Shown piece after piece: positions 7,499 to 15,879 of a stretch of 34,976 bases of DNA. The position numbers were made by a program, and so were the translations under genes. The first letter of the stretch is position 1. Every line of letters starts with the position of its first letter. The notes below the pieces were generated by a model that did not search any database, was not told the origin of the DNA, and was given only the letters and a program-made list of their open reading frames with translations. Source of the stretch: a virus (Duplodnaviria > Heunggongvirae > Uroviricota > Caudoviricetes). The stretch lies in IMG/VR virus record IMGVR_UViG_2548876698_000017, one strand, 5' to 3'.

Positions 7499-8314
7499 AT
7501 GAGCAGACATGCAACAGATTGGGCCTGGGAGACAGATCCAGGTAGCTCATCATTAAAGCTCATACTGCTCTCGATGGCTGACAGAGCCGATGAATATAAC
7601 CTCTGCTACCCCAGCATAGAACGCCTCGTTAAAGACACTTGCCTGAATAAAAAAACCGTGCAGGCCGGGCTTATATCGCTCATGAAAATGGGGCTTATTT
7701 CAGATACCGGAGAGAGAAAGGGAGCGACGAAAAGAGTGCGGGTTTTCTCTCTTAATATAACCAAAAACGGGAACATTAAAGGCAACCGGGAAGGGGGTAA
7801 TGAACCCGAAAACGGTAATGTTACCGAAAACGGGAATATACCCAAAAACGGGATGTTGAATGATCCCAAAAACGGGATGTTGAATGATCCCAAAAACGGG
7901 ATCCAGAACCAGTCATATAACCAGTCATTTAACCAAGAGAGGGAGAGCAGGACAAAAAGCGGGGATTCTGTGCCTCATGACCCCGGCGCAAACAACGCCG
8001 TGATGAATAACTTTGTTCCTCCTGGTGGGCCAGGGCAATTAGGCAAATTTGTCATGCATGAACAATGGCAACCATCAGATGACTTTCTTCGGAAAAGCTC
8101 ATTGCAGGGGATCTACCTGGACAGTCTGCCAACGGCACAGGAACTTGCAGAGTTCAGAATTTACTGGATGGCTGAGGGTAAGGCATACCATCAGGCGCAG
8201 TGGGAGCAGAAGCTGGCAAGGCGGCTGCAGATTAGCAGACAGAAGCAATCAACATTACCTGATAACAACGTTCCGCACTGGAACAGCCCTGAAGCATGGG
8301 AGGATTTCTTGTGA
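7499..8314 (+). CDS. Replication initiator (lambda O-like role) with N-terminal winged-helix domain; origin iterons inside the gene
   Basis: 271-aa ORF; N-terminal LKLILLSMADRADEYNLCYPSIERLVKDTCLNKKTVQAGLISLMKMGLIS resembles replication-initiator HTH domains. Central KNG-repeat peptide is encoded by six DNA iterons. Stop overlaps the next gene start. Confidence 0.7.
   Translation: MSRHATDWAWETDPGSSSLKLILLSMADRADEYNLCYPSIERLVKDTCLNKKTVQAGLISLMKMGLISDTGERKGATKRVRVFSLNITKNGNIKGNREGGNEPENGNVTENGNIPKNGMLNDPKNGMLNDPKNGIQNQSYNQSFNQERESRTKSGDSVPHDPGANNAVMNNFVPPGGPGQLGKFVMHEQWQPSDDFLRKSSLQGIYLDSLPTAQELAEFRIYWMAEGKAYHQAQWEQKLARRLQISRQKQSTLPDNNVPHWNSPEAWEDFL
7761..7910 (+). repeat. Six iterons, core CC(A/G)AAAACGG(G/T)A, inside the O-like gene (candidate replication origin)
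   Basis: Copies start at 7761, 7806, 7824, 7841, 7865, 7889; the last three are 24-bp units, two of them identical (CCCAAAAACGGGATGTTGAATGAT). Followed by the direct repeat CCAGTCAT(A/T)TAACC. Confidence 0.6.
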
Positions 8315-9096
8315 ACAACGTTTTTACCGCAATACAAAACCGTGACGGAGAAGCTCTTTCTCGCATGTCAGGTTATGAGCATCAGTACGTCAACAATGAC
8401 AACGTAGTGAACATGTCAGCAGAGAGGCTTGTTGATGCCCTTTTCAAACAGTTGAAACAACTGTTTCCGGCGGCAGTGGTAACCAACCTGAAGACGCCAG
8501 AGCAGGAAGTTGCTGCAAAACAGCAGTGGATTGCTGCGTTTGCCGAAGGGGGGATCCGAACCCGTGAACAGGTTTCTGCTGGTATGCGCCACGCCCGCGC
8601 CAGTGATTCTCCGTTCTGGCCGTCGCCAGGGCAATTCATCAAGTGGTGCAAAGACAGCAAGATGGTTCTTGGCGTCACCATTGACGATGTGATGACGGAG
8701 TTTCACCGGTACAGCAAGGAAAAAAGTTTATATCCTGGTGGTCCCGAAAGATTCCCGTGGCGGCATCCGGTTATGTACTGGGTCGTATGTGATACCCGCC
8801 GTGCAATGTATCAGCGCCAGCTTAGCGAGATAGAGGTTGAGAAACACGCGCGCAGGCTGCTCGATGATTGGGCGAAAAAGGTGGCTTCCGGACAGCAGAT
8901 ACCCGATCCGGTGATCAGCATACAGGCAAAGCCAGAACCCATGAGTACGCCTCCGGACACAGGGAGAGACGTTTACCATCCACCAGGGCGAAGTTTCGGG
9001 TGCATGCCTAACGCCGCCACCCTTGGGGGAATAACACCGGCGCAGTGGCTGATGGAGGAATACAGGCGAGGAAAGGCGGAAGGATTTATCAAGTAA
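8311..9096 (+). CDS. Lambda P-like replication protein (helicase loader)
   Basis: Pattern match to lambda P as I recall it: FPAAVV...QQWIAAFAEGGIRTREQVSAGMRHARA...PFWPSPGQFIKWC. I prefer GTG at 8311 (GGGAGGA RBS 6 nt upstream, GTGA overlap with O stop) over the track's ATG at 8296. Confidence 0.8.
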   Translation: MNNVFTAIQNRDGEALSRMSGYEHQYVNNDNVVNMSAERLVDALFKQLKQLFPAAVVTNLKTPEQEVAAKQQWIAAFAEGGIRTREQVSAGMRHARASDSPFWPSPGQFIKWCKDSKMVLGVTIDDVMTEFHRYSKEKSLYPGGPERFPWRHPVMYWVVCDTRRAMYQRQLSEIEVEKHARRLLDDWAKKVASGQQIPDPVISIQAKPEPMSTPPDTGRDVYHPPGRSFGCMPNAATLGGITPAQWLMEEYRRGKAEGFIK

Positions 9097-9133
9097 TACC
9101 AGCGCGATAGCGCATTTTTTTACGTTTCGATAA

Positions 9134-9148
9134 TTACCTGTTAGGTAA
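9134..9148. promoter_or_regulatory. Operator-like palindrome TTACCTGTTAGGTAA (perfect)
   Basis: Intergenic region after the P-like gene, upstream of the DUF1064 gene. Confidence 0.55.
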
Positions 9149-9195
9149 TAAAATATTCTAAAATCTATTGATTTCGTGTCTTACGTGGTTTTTAA

Positions 9196-9210
9196 TTACC
9201 TCAGGGGTAA
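9196..9210. promoter_or_regulatory. Operator-like palindrome TTACCTCAGGGGTAA (perfect)
   Basis: 62 bp from the previous site and 4 bp before the DUF1064 start codon, overlapping its RBS region. Confidence 0.55.
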
Positions 9211-9213
9211 ATC

Positions 9214-9558
9214 ATGAGAAAACAGATACAGGCTCTTGGTCGACTCAAAACAGGCCAGATGAACAAAACAGAATCTGCGTATTGCCAGCACCTTGAGCTG
9301 CGTAAACGTGCAGGAGAAATCGTCTGGTATCGATTTGAGGGTATCAAGCTTCGGTTAGCTGACAACACGTTCTATACGCCCGATTTTGCTGTGATGCTCG
9401 CCACCGGCGAGATGGAACTGCACGAAGTGAAAGGTTTCTGGACCGACGACGCCAGGGTGAAAACCAAAGTCGCCGCAGATCAGTATCCGTTCCGAATCAT
9501 CGGGGTAACGGTTAAACCAAAGAAAGCAGGTGGTGGCTGGAATATCGAAGAGTTCTGA
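9214..9558 (+). CDS. DUF1064-type protein (predicted PD-(D/E)XK-fold nuclease)
   Basis: 114-aa ORF; YTPDFAVMLATGEMELHEVKG gives a PD...E-x-K signature as in DUF1064 proteins near phage replication genes. Two perfect operator palindromes lie just upstream. Confidence 0.55.
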   Translation: MRKQIQALGRLKTGQMNKTESAYCQHLELRKRAGEIVWYRFEGIKLRLADNTFYTPDFAVMLATGEMELHEVKGFWTDDARVKTKVAADQYPFRIIGVTVKPKKAGGGWNIEEF

Positions 9559-9619
9559 ATCGACGATCTTTTTAGTTATCAATGTAATCAATAAGTTATG
9601 TGGATAAGCGAGGGTAAAG

Positions 9620-10321
9620 ATGGAAAGTAATATCAAAGGGTTAGTTGCCGCCGGGCATGAGATGGCTTCGGAACTGAAAGCAGAATGTGGTGCCGTTGAT
9701 ATGCGCAGTGTGGCAAAGCTGATCAGCGATTTGGCAACGCAACTGGAAGTGCAACTGGTGCGTGCTAATGCGCTGGCCGAAGACCAGCAGAAAGCGATTG
9801 AGTCAATTAAGCAGGCTGATTCGGCTGTTAAGTTGGCACACGAGAAGTTTTCGGCGCTGGCGGCGGAGAATGCGGGGCTTAAGACCTTCAAAACCGCCGT
9901 TTATCAGCAGATGGGCGTCGGATGTGATGCTCCTGAATTCTCCATTACGGTAGGTTTGAGTAACTTACGTCGTTTTGCTGACACACTCCACGCCATTGAG
10001 CGTGAGTTCTTTACCAAAGAGCTACCTGATGAAGAGCACGAAGGCGAAACATTCAATGAATGTCCACTTAGCTGGGGAATGAGCGTCGAACAGTACGTTT
10101 CCGAGTTTCGCAAATGCCTGGCTGAAGTGCGGGCGCAGGGGGTGGATGCTGCTATAGAAACTGCAAAAAATCTGGTGGCCCAAGAATATGAGTATAAGGA
10201 TTTCAAAGCGGCGCAGAGTGATTGCTGTATGCACCCTGGTTCAGACCTGGTAGGGAAGGTTGAAATGACAGAGTGGTTAGTTGACTTTGCTTCCCAGCTT
10301 CGCAAAGGAGGCAACCAGTGA
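9620..10321 (+). CDS. Hypothetical phage protein
   Basis: 233-aa ORF, predicted helical N-terminus; stop overlaps next start. No recognisable motif. Confidence 0.5.
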   Translation: MESNIKGLVAAGHEMASELKAECGAVDMRSVAKLISDLATQLEVQLVRANALAEDQQKAIESIKQADSAVKLAHEKFSALAAENAGLKTFKTAVYQQMGVGCDAPEFSITVGLSNLRRFADTLHAIEREFFTKELPDEEHEGETFNECPLSWGMSVEQYVSEFRKCLAEVRAQGVDAAIETAKNLVAQEYEYKDFKAAQSDCCMHPGSDLVGKVEMTEWLVDFASQLRKGGNQ

Positions 10322-10875
10322 GCAAGATTGACTATCAGGCACTGCGCGAGGCGGCAGAGAAAGCAACGTGGGGTGACTGGGACTCATATAAACCACACCG
10401 TGGCGCACGTGGTTATGAAGTCCGGCTAAGTAGTCAGGCCATTGCGCAACACGTTCTGAAAAACAACGCTGAATTTATTGCTGCCTTTAATCCCAAGATT
10501 GCTTTGGCACTACTGGATGAACGGGAAAGAAACCAGCAATACATCAAAAGCCGCGACCAGGAGAACGAGGATATTGCGCTAACGGTAGGGAAGCTGAGAG
10601 TTGAGCTTGAGGAGACAAAATCAAAACTCAACGAGCAGAGTGAGTATTACGAAGGTGTTATCTCGGATGGAAGTAAGCGCATAGCAGAGTTAGAAAGTGA
10701 TTCTCAGGCACAAAAGTTAGTTGAAGCAATCATTGTTGCGATAGAAAACGAACAGGAACGTCTTTTTGATGAAGATTACCTAATGGATTCGAAAGAATGC
10801 ATTGACGTAATTCGTGAAGAAGTAAAGCGATGGAATGATTCCCGCGCCGCTGGCATTCGCATCAAAGGAGAGTGA
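10318..10875 (+). CDS. Ead/Ea22-like family protein (tentative)
   Basis: 185-aa ORF starting MSKIDYQALREAAEKATWGDW, which resembles the N-terminus of lambdoid Ead/Ea22-like proteins as I recall them; acidic helical C-terminus. Confidence 0.5.
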   Translation: MSKIDYQALREAAEKATWGDWDSYKPHRGARGYEVRLSSQAIAQHVLKNNAEFIAAFNPKIALALLDERERNQQYIKSRDQENEDIALTVGKLRVELEETKSKLNEQSEYYEGVISDGSKRIAELESDSQAQKLVEAIIVAIENEQERLFDEDYLMDSKECIDVIREEVKRWNDSRAAGIRIKGE

Positions 10876-10876
10876 T

Positions 10877-11092
10877 ATGGCTATCGCTGCAAGTTACACC
10901 ATGCATCTCTATTGTGACTGCTGCCAGTGTACGGAAGGTGTATATCCAGTGCCAGACTTCGGAGAGTATATCGGTACGTCATGGGCTGGTTGTGCAAAAG
11001 AGGCGCGTAAGGATGGCTGGCGAATAAGCAAAGACAAAACACGTGCTTTTGCGCCTGGGCATAAAGTTTTGAGGAGCATCAAAGGAGAGTGA
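10877..11092 (+). CDS. Hypothetical Cys-rich small protein
   Basis: ATG at 10877 (MAIAASYTMHLYCDCCQCTEG...) preceded by AAAGGAGAGTGAT; listed ORF 10835..11092 extends upstream without an RBS. Confidence 0.45.
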   Translation: MAIAASYTMHLYCDCCQCTEGVYPVPDFGEYIGTSWAGCAKEARKDGWRISKDKTRAFAPGHKVLRSIKGE

Positions 11093-11093
11093 T

Positions 11094-11357
11094 ATGGCAA
11101 CTTTAACAAAAAAAGAACGGGCATGGTTGAACGAATTACAGGACGTTCTTGATCGCTGCCCATCACCGAAAAAAATTGGTTTTTACACCATTGGCGATAA
11201 AAGCATTTACCTGTATGACCTGCGCCGCATGGATGAAATCATGGAGGCTCTTGATAATCGTTCGTCGATGGATTGGTGTGTTGCTGTTCATGATATGAAT
11301 GCAGGGTTTGATGAAAAGATTTTGTTCCCCTCATCAGTTGAAAGCACAGCAGGATAA
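11094..11357 (+). CDS. Hypothetical protein
   Basis: 87-aa ORF preceded by the same AAAGGAGAGTGATATGGC initiation context as the previous gene. Confidence 0.45.
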   Translation: MATLTKKERAWLNELQDVLDRCPSPKKIGFYTIGDKSIYLYDLRRMDEIMEALDNRSSMDWCVAVHDMNAGFDEKILFPSSVESTAG

Positions 11358-11393
11358 GGACTAACACATGACAACATGGGAAAGGAAAGTGAT

Positions 11394-11909
11394 ATGGCGT
11401 TAACACACCACGAACTCTGTCAGATTGCGTACAAGTTCCTTAAGCGCAACGGGTTCAAGGTTTGCTTTCATGACCGCTTTGTTGCTGTAACCAGTACCGG
11501 AGAACAGCCAGATGCTATGGGATTCAGAAATTCAGCATCATGCCTGATAGAGGCGAAGTGTTCTCGTACTGATTTGTTGGCAGATAGAAAAAAGCGTTTC
11601 CGTAAAAATCCCTCACTTGGCATGGGCGACTGGCGATTCTTTATTAGTGAGCCGGGAATTATTTCAATTGAGGATTTACCTCCTGGCTGGGGATTACTTC
11701 ACGTTGTTAACGGAAGAGTACGGAAAGTACATGGATGGCCCAAGGGGAATTGCTGTTGGGGTAACCCTGAAGATAAACCTTTTATTGGGAATAAGCAGGT
11801 TGAATGCGATTACATGTTATCTGCATTAAGGCGCATGGAGTTGAGAGGGCACCTTAATGAAATATATGACGGTGTAATTGTTAATAAGAAAGAAGGAAAC
11901 GCGGCATGA
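11394..11909 (+). CDS. Hypothetical protein with PD-(D/E)XK-like motif (candidate nuclease)
   Basis: ATG at 11394 (MALTHHELCQ...) with GGAAAGTGATATGGC context; EQPDAMGFRNSASCLIEAKC gives PD-x12-E-A-K, compatible with a restriction-endonuclease-like fold. Confidence 0.4.
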   Translation: MALTHHELCQIAYKFLKRNGFKVCFHDRFVAVTSTGEQPDAMGFRNSASCLIEAKCSRTDLLADRKKRFRKNPSLGMGDWRFFISEPGIISIEDLPPGWGLLHVVNGRVRKVHGWPKGNCCWGNPEDKPFIGNKQVECDYMLSALRRMELRGHLNEIYDGVIVNKKEGNAA

Positions 11910-12997
11910 TCACTATTACCAAAGAGCGACTGCTGACAATCAAGGAGTGGCGCGAAACATACGGACCTGGTAGCAACGTTGTACTGCCAGCAGAAGAAGC
12001 GGAAGAGCTGGCACGGATTGCGCTGGCATCACTGGAAGCAGAGCCGATAGCAATGGTAGTGCCTGATGAAATGGATTTGCTTACCTGCCATCTCGACGGT
12101 GTAACTAAAACATATGCTGATGGCTGGAACGCCTGCCGCGTCGCCATGCTTCAGGCCGGAAACTTTCGGGAAAATAAGAATTCGTCAATCAATAATTTTC
12201 GGATAACCTCGGAAACGTCAACCAACTCTCCGGCAATCCCTGATGAGGTGTTGTCCGCAATCCTGAAGGTCGCCAGGGTTCGTGCAGATTTCGATGCTTC
12301 TGAAGGTGACAGGCGAGGTATCGGTGATTGTCTGGATGAGGCTGAGCAAGAGCTTATCGTTACCATTAACAAACATGCCAGTCAGTTGGCAGCAGGACCG
12401 ATAGCGCCTAATGACGTTCGAGAGCAAACAGCCGTTCCGCCAGTTCCTGTAATACAGGCTGATGTCGCGCAGGCAATTGAAAAACTCAAACGGAAATTAG
12501 TGGAATGCAATCGCTATAACTACTGCGCAGATGCAGTTAAGGGCGTAGAGGATGCCTGCCACGCTGCCATGCTTCAGGGTAGCCAACCTGTAAGCCAAAC
12601 TTACAAGTTGCCAGTTAATACACCTTGCCAGGATGCGCCAGCCCATATCTGGCTGCAAACAGCTGGAGTATGGCCAGAAGATGGCGAGTTAAGCGAATTA
12701 ACGTGGTGCAGCCACAATCAGCACCATGATGACACGCTATATGTTCGAGCTGACTTGGTAAATGGCAATTCTCCGGTAACTCCGGATGGTTGGATAAGCT
12801 GTAGTGAGCGAATGCCGGATGATGGTCAGCACGTAATTATTTTATGTGATGGCGCATTCGTTCTTTATGCGCAATATCGAGACGGTGAGTTTTTTGATGT
12901 AGTCCGTAATGGTGATGAATTTTTCGAAACACAGAGCCGCAATGTAACCGACTGGATGCCGCTACCAGAACCGCCGCAGGAGGTTAACCATGGCTAA
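11906..12997 (+). CDS. DUF551-domain protein
   Basis: 363-aa ORF; C-terminal GWISCSERMPDDGQHVIILCDGAFVLYAQY...VTDWMPLPEPP matches the DUF551 signature common in lambdoid nin regions. Confidence 0.6.
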   Translation: MITITKERLLTIKEWRETYGPGSNVVLPAEEAEELARIALASLEAEPIAMVVPDEMDLLTCHLDGVTKTYADGWNACRVAMLQAGNFRENKNSSINNFRITSETSTNSPAIPDEVLSAILKVARVRADFDASEGDRRGIGDCLDEAEQELIVTINKHASQLAAGPIAPNDVREQTAVPPVPVIQADVAQAIEKLKRKLVECNRYNYCADAVKGVEDACHAAMLQGSQPVSQTYKLPVNTPCQDAPAHIWLQTAGVWPEDGELSELTWCSHNQHHDDTLYVRADLVNGNSPVTPDGWISCSERMPDDGQHVIILCDGAFVLYAQYRDGEFFDVVRNGDEFFETQSRNVTDWMPLPEPPQEVNHG

Positions 12998-13271
12998 CCT
13001 GCAACTTGCCGTCAAAGGTGAATACTTCGATGCCATGATTCGCGGAGAGAAAACGGAAGAGTATCGCCTGTGTAATGACTACTGGAAAAAGCGCCTCGTT
13101 AACCGTAAGTATGACCGTCTGATTATCACAAAGGGATATCCGAAGCGCGACGACTCCAGCCGCAGAATTAACGTCCCGTATGACGGATATGAAATCAAGA
13201 CAATCACACATCCCCACTTCGGTGATAAACCGGTAAAGGTGTTCGCGATAAAGGTAAATATTGATGGCTAA
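12990..13271 (+). CDS. Small ASCH-like/PUA-fold hypothetical protein (tentative)
   Basis: 93-aa ORF (LAVKGEYFDAMIRGEKTEEYRL...ITKGYPKRDD...ITHPHFG); pattern resembles small ASCH-domain phage proteins. Stop overlaps next start. Confidence 0.4.
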   Translation: MANLQLAVKGEYFDAMIRGEKTEEYRLCNDYWKKRLVNRKYDRLIITKGYPKRDDSSRRINVPYDGYEIKTITHPHFGDKPVKVFAIKVNIDG

Positions 13272-13602
13272 ATCAGCAGCAGAGCGCAAAGCCGCTCAGA
13301 GAGCCAGACAAGCTGCATCTGGTGTGCGTAAGCTGGAAATTGTGCTTGATGCTCAGGAAATTGAAATGCTGGAGCGTAACTGTGCCACGCGTCGCCCCGG
13401 GCGTGCGCCTTACGAATTTGGTGAGTATATAGCGTTACTGATCCGCCAGGATGATGCACGCGTGCGCGGGCGTATAAAATCGATCAGCAGAAAACGTTGC
13501 GGTAAGTGCGGCGAGAGAGTTCCAGTTAATTCATGCCCGTGCAATGGTGACTCGCAATGCTGGGTGACTAAAGGCTGGCATGAAACGAAATTAATAGTGT
13601 GA
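13264..13602 (+). CDS. Zinc-ribbon hypothetical protein just upstream of the late-operon terminator (candidate late regulator)
   Basis: ATG at 13264 (MAKSAAERK...); C-terminal CGKCGERVPVNSCPCNG zinc-ribbon motif. Stop codon lies inside the 12-bp palindrome GTGACATGTCAC. Confidence 0.45.
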   Translation: MAKSAAERKAAQRARQAASGVRKLEIVLDAQEIEMLERNCATRRPGRAPYEFGEYIALLIRQDDARVRGRIKSISRKRCGKCGERVPVNSCPCNGDSQCWVTKGWHETKLIV

Positions 13603-13610
13603 CATGTCAC
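13599..13610. promoter_or_regulatory. Perfect 12-bp palindrome GTGACATGTCAC
   Basis: Overlaps the stop codon of the zinc-ribbon ORF and lies about 40 bp upstream of the terminator preceding the terminase genes. Confidence 0.4.
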
Positions 13611-13651
13611 GAGTGGATTATGCATGATGAATTTGATGTGTTTTGAATACT

Positions 13652-13678
13652 GCCGCCAACTATGGCGGCTTTATTTTG
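13652..13678 (+). terminator. Intrinsic terminator immediately upstream of the terminase genes (tR'-like position)
   Basis: GCCGCC-AACTAT-GGCGGC followed by TTTATTTTG. Confidence 0.65.
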
Positions 13679-13723
13679 CATGGTACTATTACCACAACGG
13701 TAACTATTACCACGGTGGTTATG

Positions 13724-14317
13724 ATGCCTGCTGAACCTAAAACCTATAAACGCAAATCAACGCAATTTAAGCCACTAACAGCAATGCAGGAGGCTTATTG
13801 CCAGTCATACATCAAAACGCCTGAAAACCAGACTCAGGCAGCGATTAACGCAGGATTCTCCCCAAATACAGCGGCAGTTAAAGCCAGTGTCATGATGCGC
13901 GATGAACGCATTCAAAAACGGATTGCCGAGTTGATGGAGGAGCGCAACAAACGAATGCGCGTCAGTGCTGATTACGTTCTCATGCGCCTGGTGGAGATCG
14001 ACCAGATGGACGTGATCGATATCCTCAACGACGATGGGAGCCTTAAACCAATCCGTGAGTGGCCGAAAATCTGGCGCACTACGCTTAGTGGCTTTGATCT
14101 GTCATCGACCATCATGAACATGAACGAGGATTCGATAGAGACAATCCTCAAAAAAATTAAATGGCCTGACAAGGTGAAGAACCTCGAACTGATTGGTAAG
14201 CACGTCGACGTCAACGCATTCAAAGAACGCCTGGATGTTAATGTGAATGTGACAATTGCTGATCGCATAGCGGCAGCCAGGAAGAGACTGAAAGAACGTC
14301 AGGATGGCAATCAGTGA
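13724..14317 (+). CDS. Terminase small subunit (Terminase_2-like)
   Basis: Listed ORF 13643..14317 would include the intrinsic terminator hairpin; I prefer ATG at 13724 (MMPAEPKTYK...). KPLTAMQEAYCQSYIKTPENQTQAAINAGFSPNTAAVKASVMM matches the TerS N-terminal DNA-binding pattern. GTGA overlap with TerL start. Confidence 0.7.
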   Translation: MPAEPKTYKRKSTQFKPLTAMQEAYCQSYIKTPENQTQAAINAGFSPNTAAVKASVMMRDERIQKRIAELMEERNKRMRVSADYVLMRLVEIDQMDVIDILNDDGSLKPIREWPKIWRTTLSGFDLSSTIMNMNEDSIETILKKIKWPDKVKNLELIGKHVDVNAFKERLDVNVNVTIADRIAAARKRLKERQDGNQ

Positions 14318-15789
14318 CAGATACAGCGTTATCTCCTGAAGAGCAGTTAATCGAGGATATTGCAGGGTTCACTCACGATCCGCTTGGCTATGCCCTCTAT
14401 GCGTTCCCGTGGGGGGAAGAGGGTACTGAACTGGCACATGCCACCGGTCCACGTCAGTGGCAGGCCGATGCGTTCCGAGAGATACGTGATCACCTGCAGA
14501 ATCCAGAGACGCGATATCAGCCGCTTATGCTGTCACGTGCTTCTGGTCACGGTATTGGTAAATCCGCATTCATCTCAATGCTGATCAACTGGGGCATGTC
14601 CACTTGCGAGGATTGTAAGGTCGTGGTGACCGCCAACACCGACAACCAGCTACGAACGAAGACTTGGCCGGAAATTATCAAGTGGTCGAACCTTGCTATC
14701 ACGAAAGACTGGTTTACCTGTACCGCTACCGCGATGTACAGCAATGACCCTGGGCACGACAAGCGGTGGCGAGCTGACGCAATCCCCTGGTCTGAGCACA
14801 ACACTGAGGCATTCGCCGGACTACACAACGAGCGCAAACGCATCATCGTGGTATTCGACGAAGCATCCAACATTGCCGATCTGGTGTGGGAGGTAGCAGA
14901 GGGTGCGCTGACGGACGAAGACACTGAGATTATCTGGGTGGCATTCGGAAACCCTACACGTAACACCGGGCGTTTCCGCGAATGTTTCCGCAAATATAAA
15001 CACCGCTGGAAAACTGCGCAGATTGACAGCCGGACGGTGGAAGGCACTAACAAACAGCAGTTGCAGAAATGGGTTGATGACTACGGGGAAGACAGCGACT
15101 TCGTTAAAATCCGTGTGCGCGGCATATTCCCGGATGCATCTGAATTGCAGTTTATCCCTACCGGCCTTACTGACGAGGCAATGAAACGGGTGGTAACCGC
15201 TGCGCAGGTTGCACATGCTCCGGTGATAATCGGCGTTGACCCGGCATACTCCGGCGTTGATGACGCTGTGATATACCTGCGGCAGGGGCTGCACAGTAAG
15301 GTGCTATGGACTGGTAACAAGACCACCGACGATCTGATTATGGCGAAGCGTATCGCTGACTTTGAAGACCAGTATCAGGCTGACGCGGTGTTCATCGACT
15401 TCGGTTATGGAACCGGTTTGAAGTCAATCGGTGATGGCTGGGGACGTACATGGCAACTTGTTCCGTTCGGCGGTGCGTCCACTGACCCGCAGATGCTTAA
15501 CAAGCGTGGGGAGATGTTCAACTCATGTAAGACATGGCTGAGGCTGGGCGGCATGCTGGATGACCAGGAAACTGCAGACGACCTGTCGGCGGCAGAGTAC
15601 AAAGTTCGTGTGGACGGTAAAATCGTTATCGAACCGAAGGAAGATATCAAAGAGCGTCTTGGGCGTTCTCCTGGTAAAGGCGATGCGCTACTGCTGACGT
15701 TTGCTTTCCCGGTCTCGAAACGCATAAATATACCAGGACAGCAAAGCCAGCAGGGAAGGGCCATAACGGATTATGACCCTTATGCTTAA
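14314..15789 (+). CDS. Terminase large subunit
   Basis: 491-aa ORF; Walker A-like SRASGHGIGKS, Walker B-like IIVVFDEAS, C-terminal nuclease region; position immediately after TerS. Confidence 0.9.
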   Translation: MTDTALSPEEQLIEDIAGFTHDPLGYALYAFPWGEEGTELAHATGPRQWQADAFREIRDHLQNPETRYQPLMLSRASGHGIGKSAFISMLINWGMSTCEDCKVVVTANTDNQLRTKTWPEIIKWSNLAITKDWFTCTATAMYSNDPGHDKRWRADAIPWSEHNTEAFAGLHNERKRIIVVFDEASNIADLVWEVAEGALTDEDTEIIWVAFGNPTRNTGRFRECFRKYKHRWKTAQIDSRTVEGTNKQQLQKWVDDYGEDSDFVKIRVRGIFPDASELQFIPTGLTDEAMKRVVTAAQVAHAPVIIGVDPAYSGVDDAVIYLRQGLHSKVLWTGNKTTDDLIMAKRIADFEDQYQADAVFIDFGYGTGLKSIGDGWGRTWQLVPFGGASTDPQMLNKRGEMFNSCKTWLRLGGMLDDQETADDLSAAEYKVRVDGKIVIEPKEDIKERLGRSPGKGDALLLTFAFPVSKRINIPGQQSQQGRAITDYDPYA

Positions 15790-15832
15790 TCCGCTGGTGG
15801 GGATAATGTCGTTGATATCCTCTGGTGAGGAT

Positions 15833-15867
15833 AAAACAAAGCCAGCTCATAGGCTGGCTGTTTGTGA
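15833..15867. terminator. Bidirectional intrinsic terminator between convergent TerL and moron genes
   Basis: AAAACAAA-GCCAGC-TCATAG-GCTGGC-TGTTTGT: hairpin flanked by an A-run and a T-rich run. Confidence 0.6.
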
Positions 15868-15879
15868 CATGCCACGGTG

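Noticed and set aside
7761-7910. CRISPR array
   Set aside because: The repeats are 12-24 bp iterons with irregular spacing, in frame inside a replication-initiator gene, with no uniform spacers and no cas genes.
13699-13711. Everted GGTAA-N3-TTACC (and GGTAA-TG-TTACC at 7813-7824) as further operator copies
   Set aside because: Half-site orientation and spacing are the opposite of the TTACC-N5-GGTAA consensus. They are probably coincidental or belong to other functions (packaging, origin).
13643-13723. N-terminal extension of terminase small starting at 13643
   Set aside because: The extension would be translated across an intrinsic terminator hairpin and direct repeats. The downstream ATG at 13724 gives a normal TerS N-terminus.
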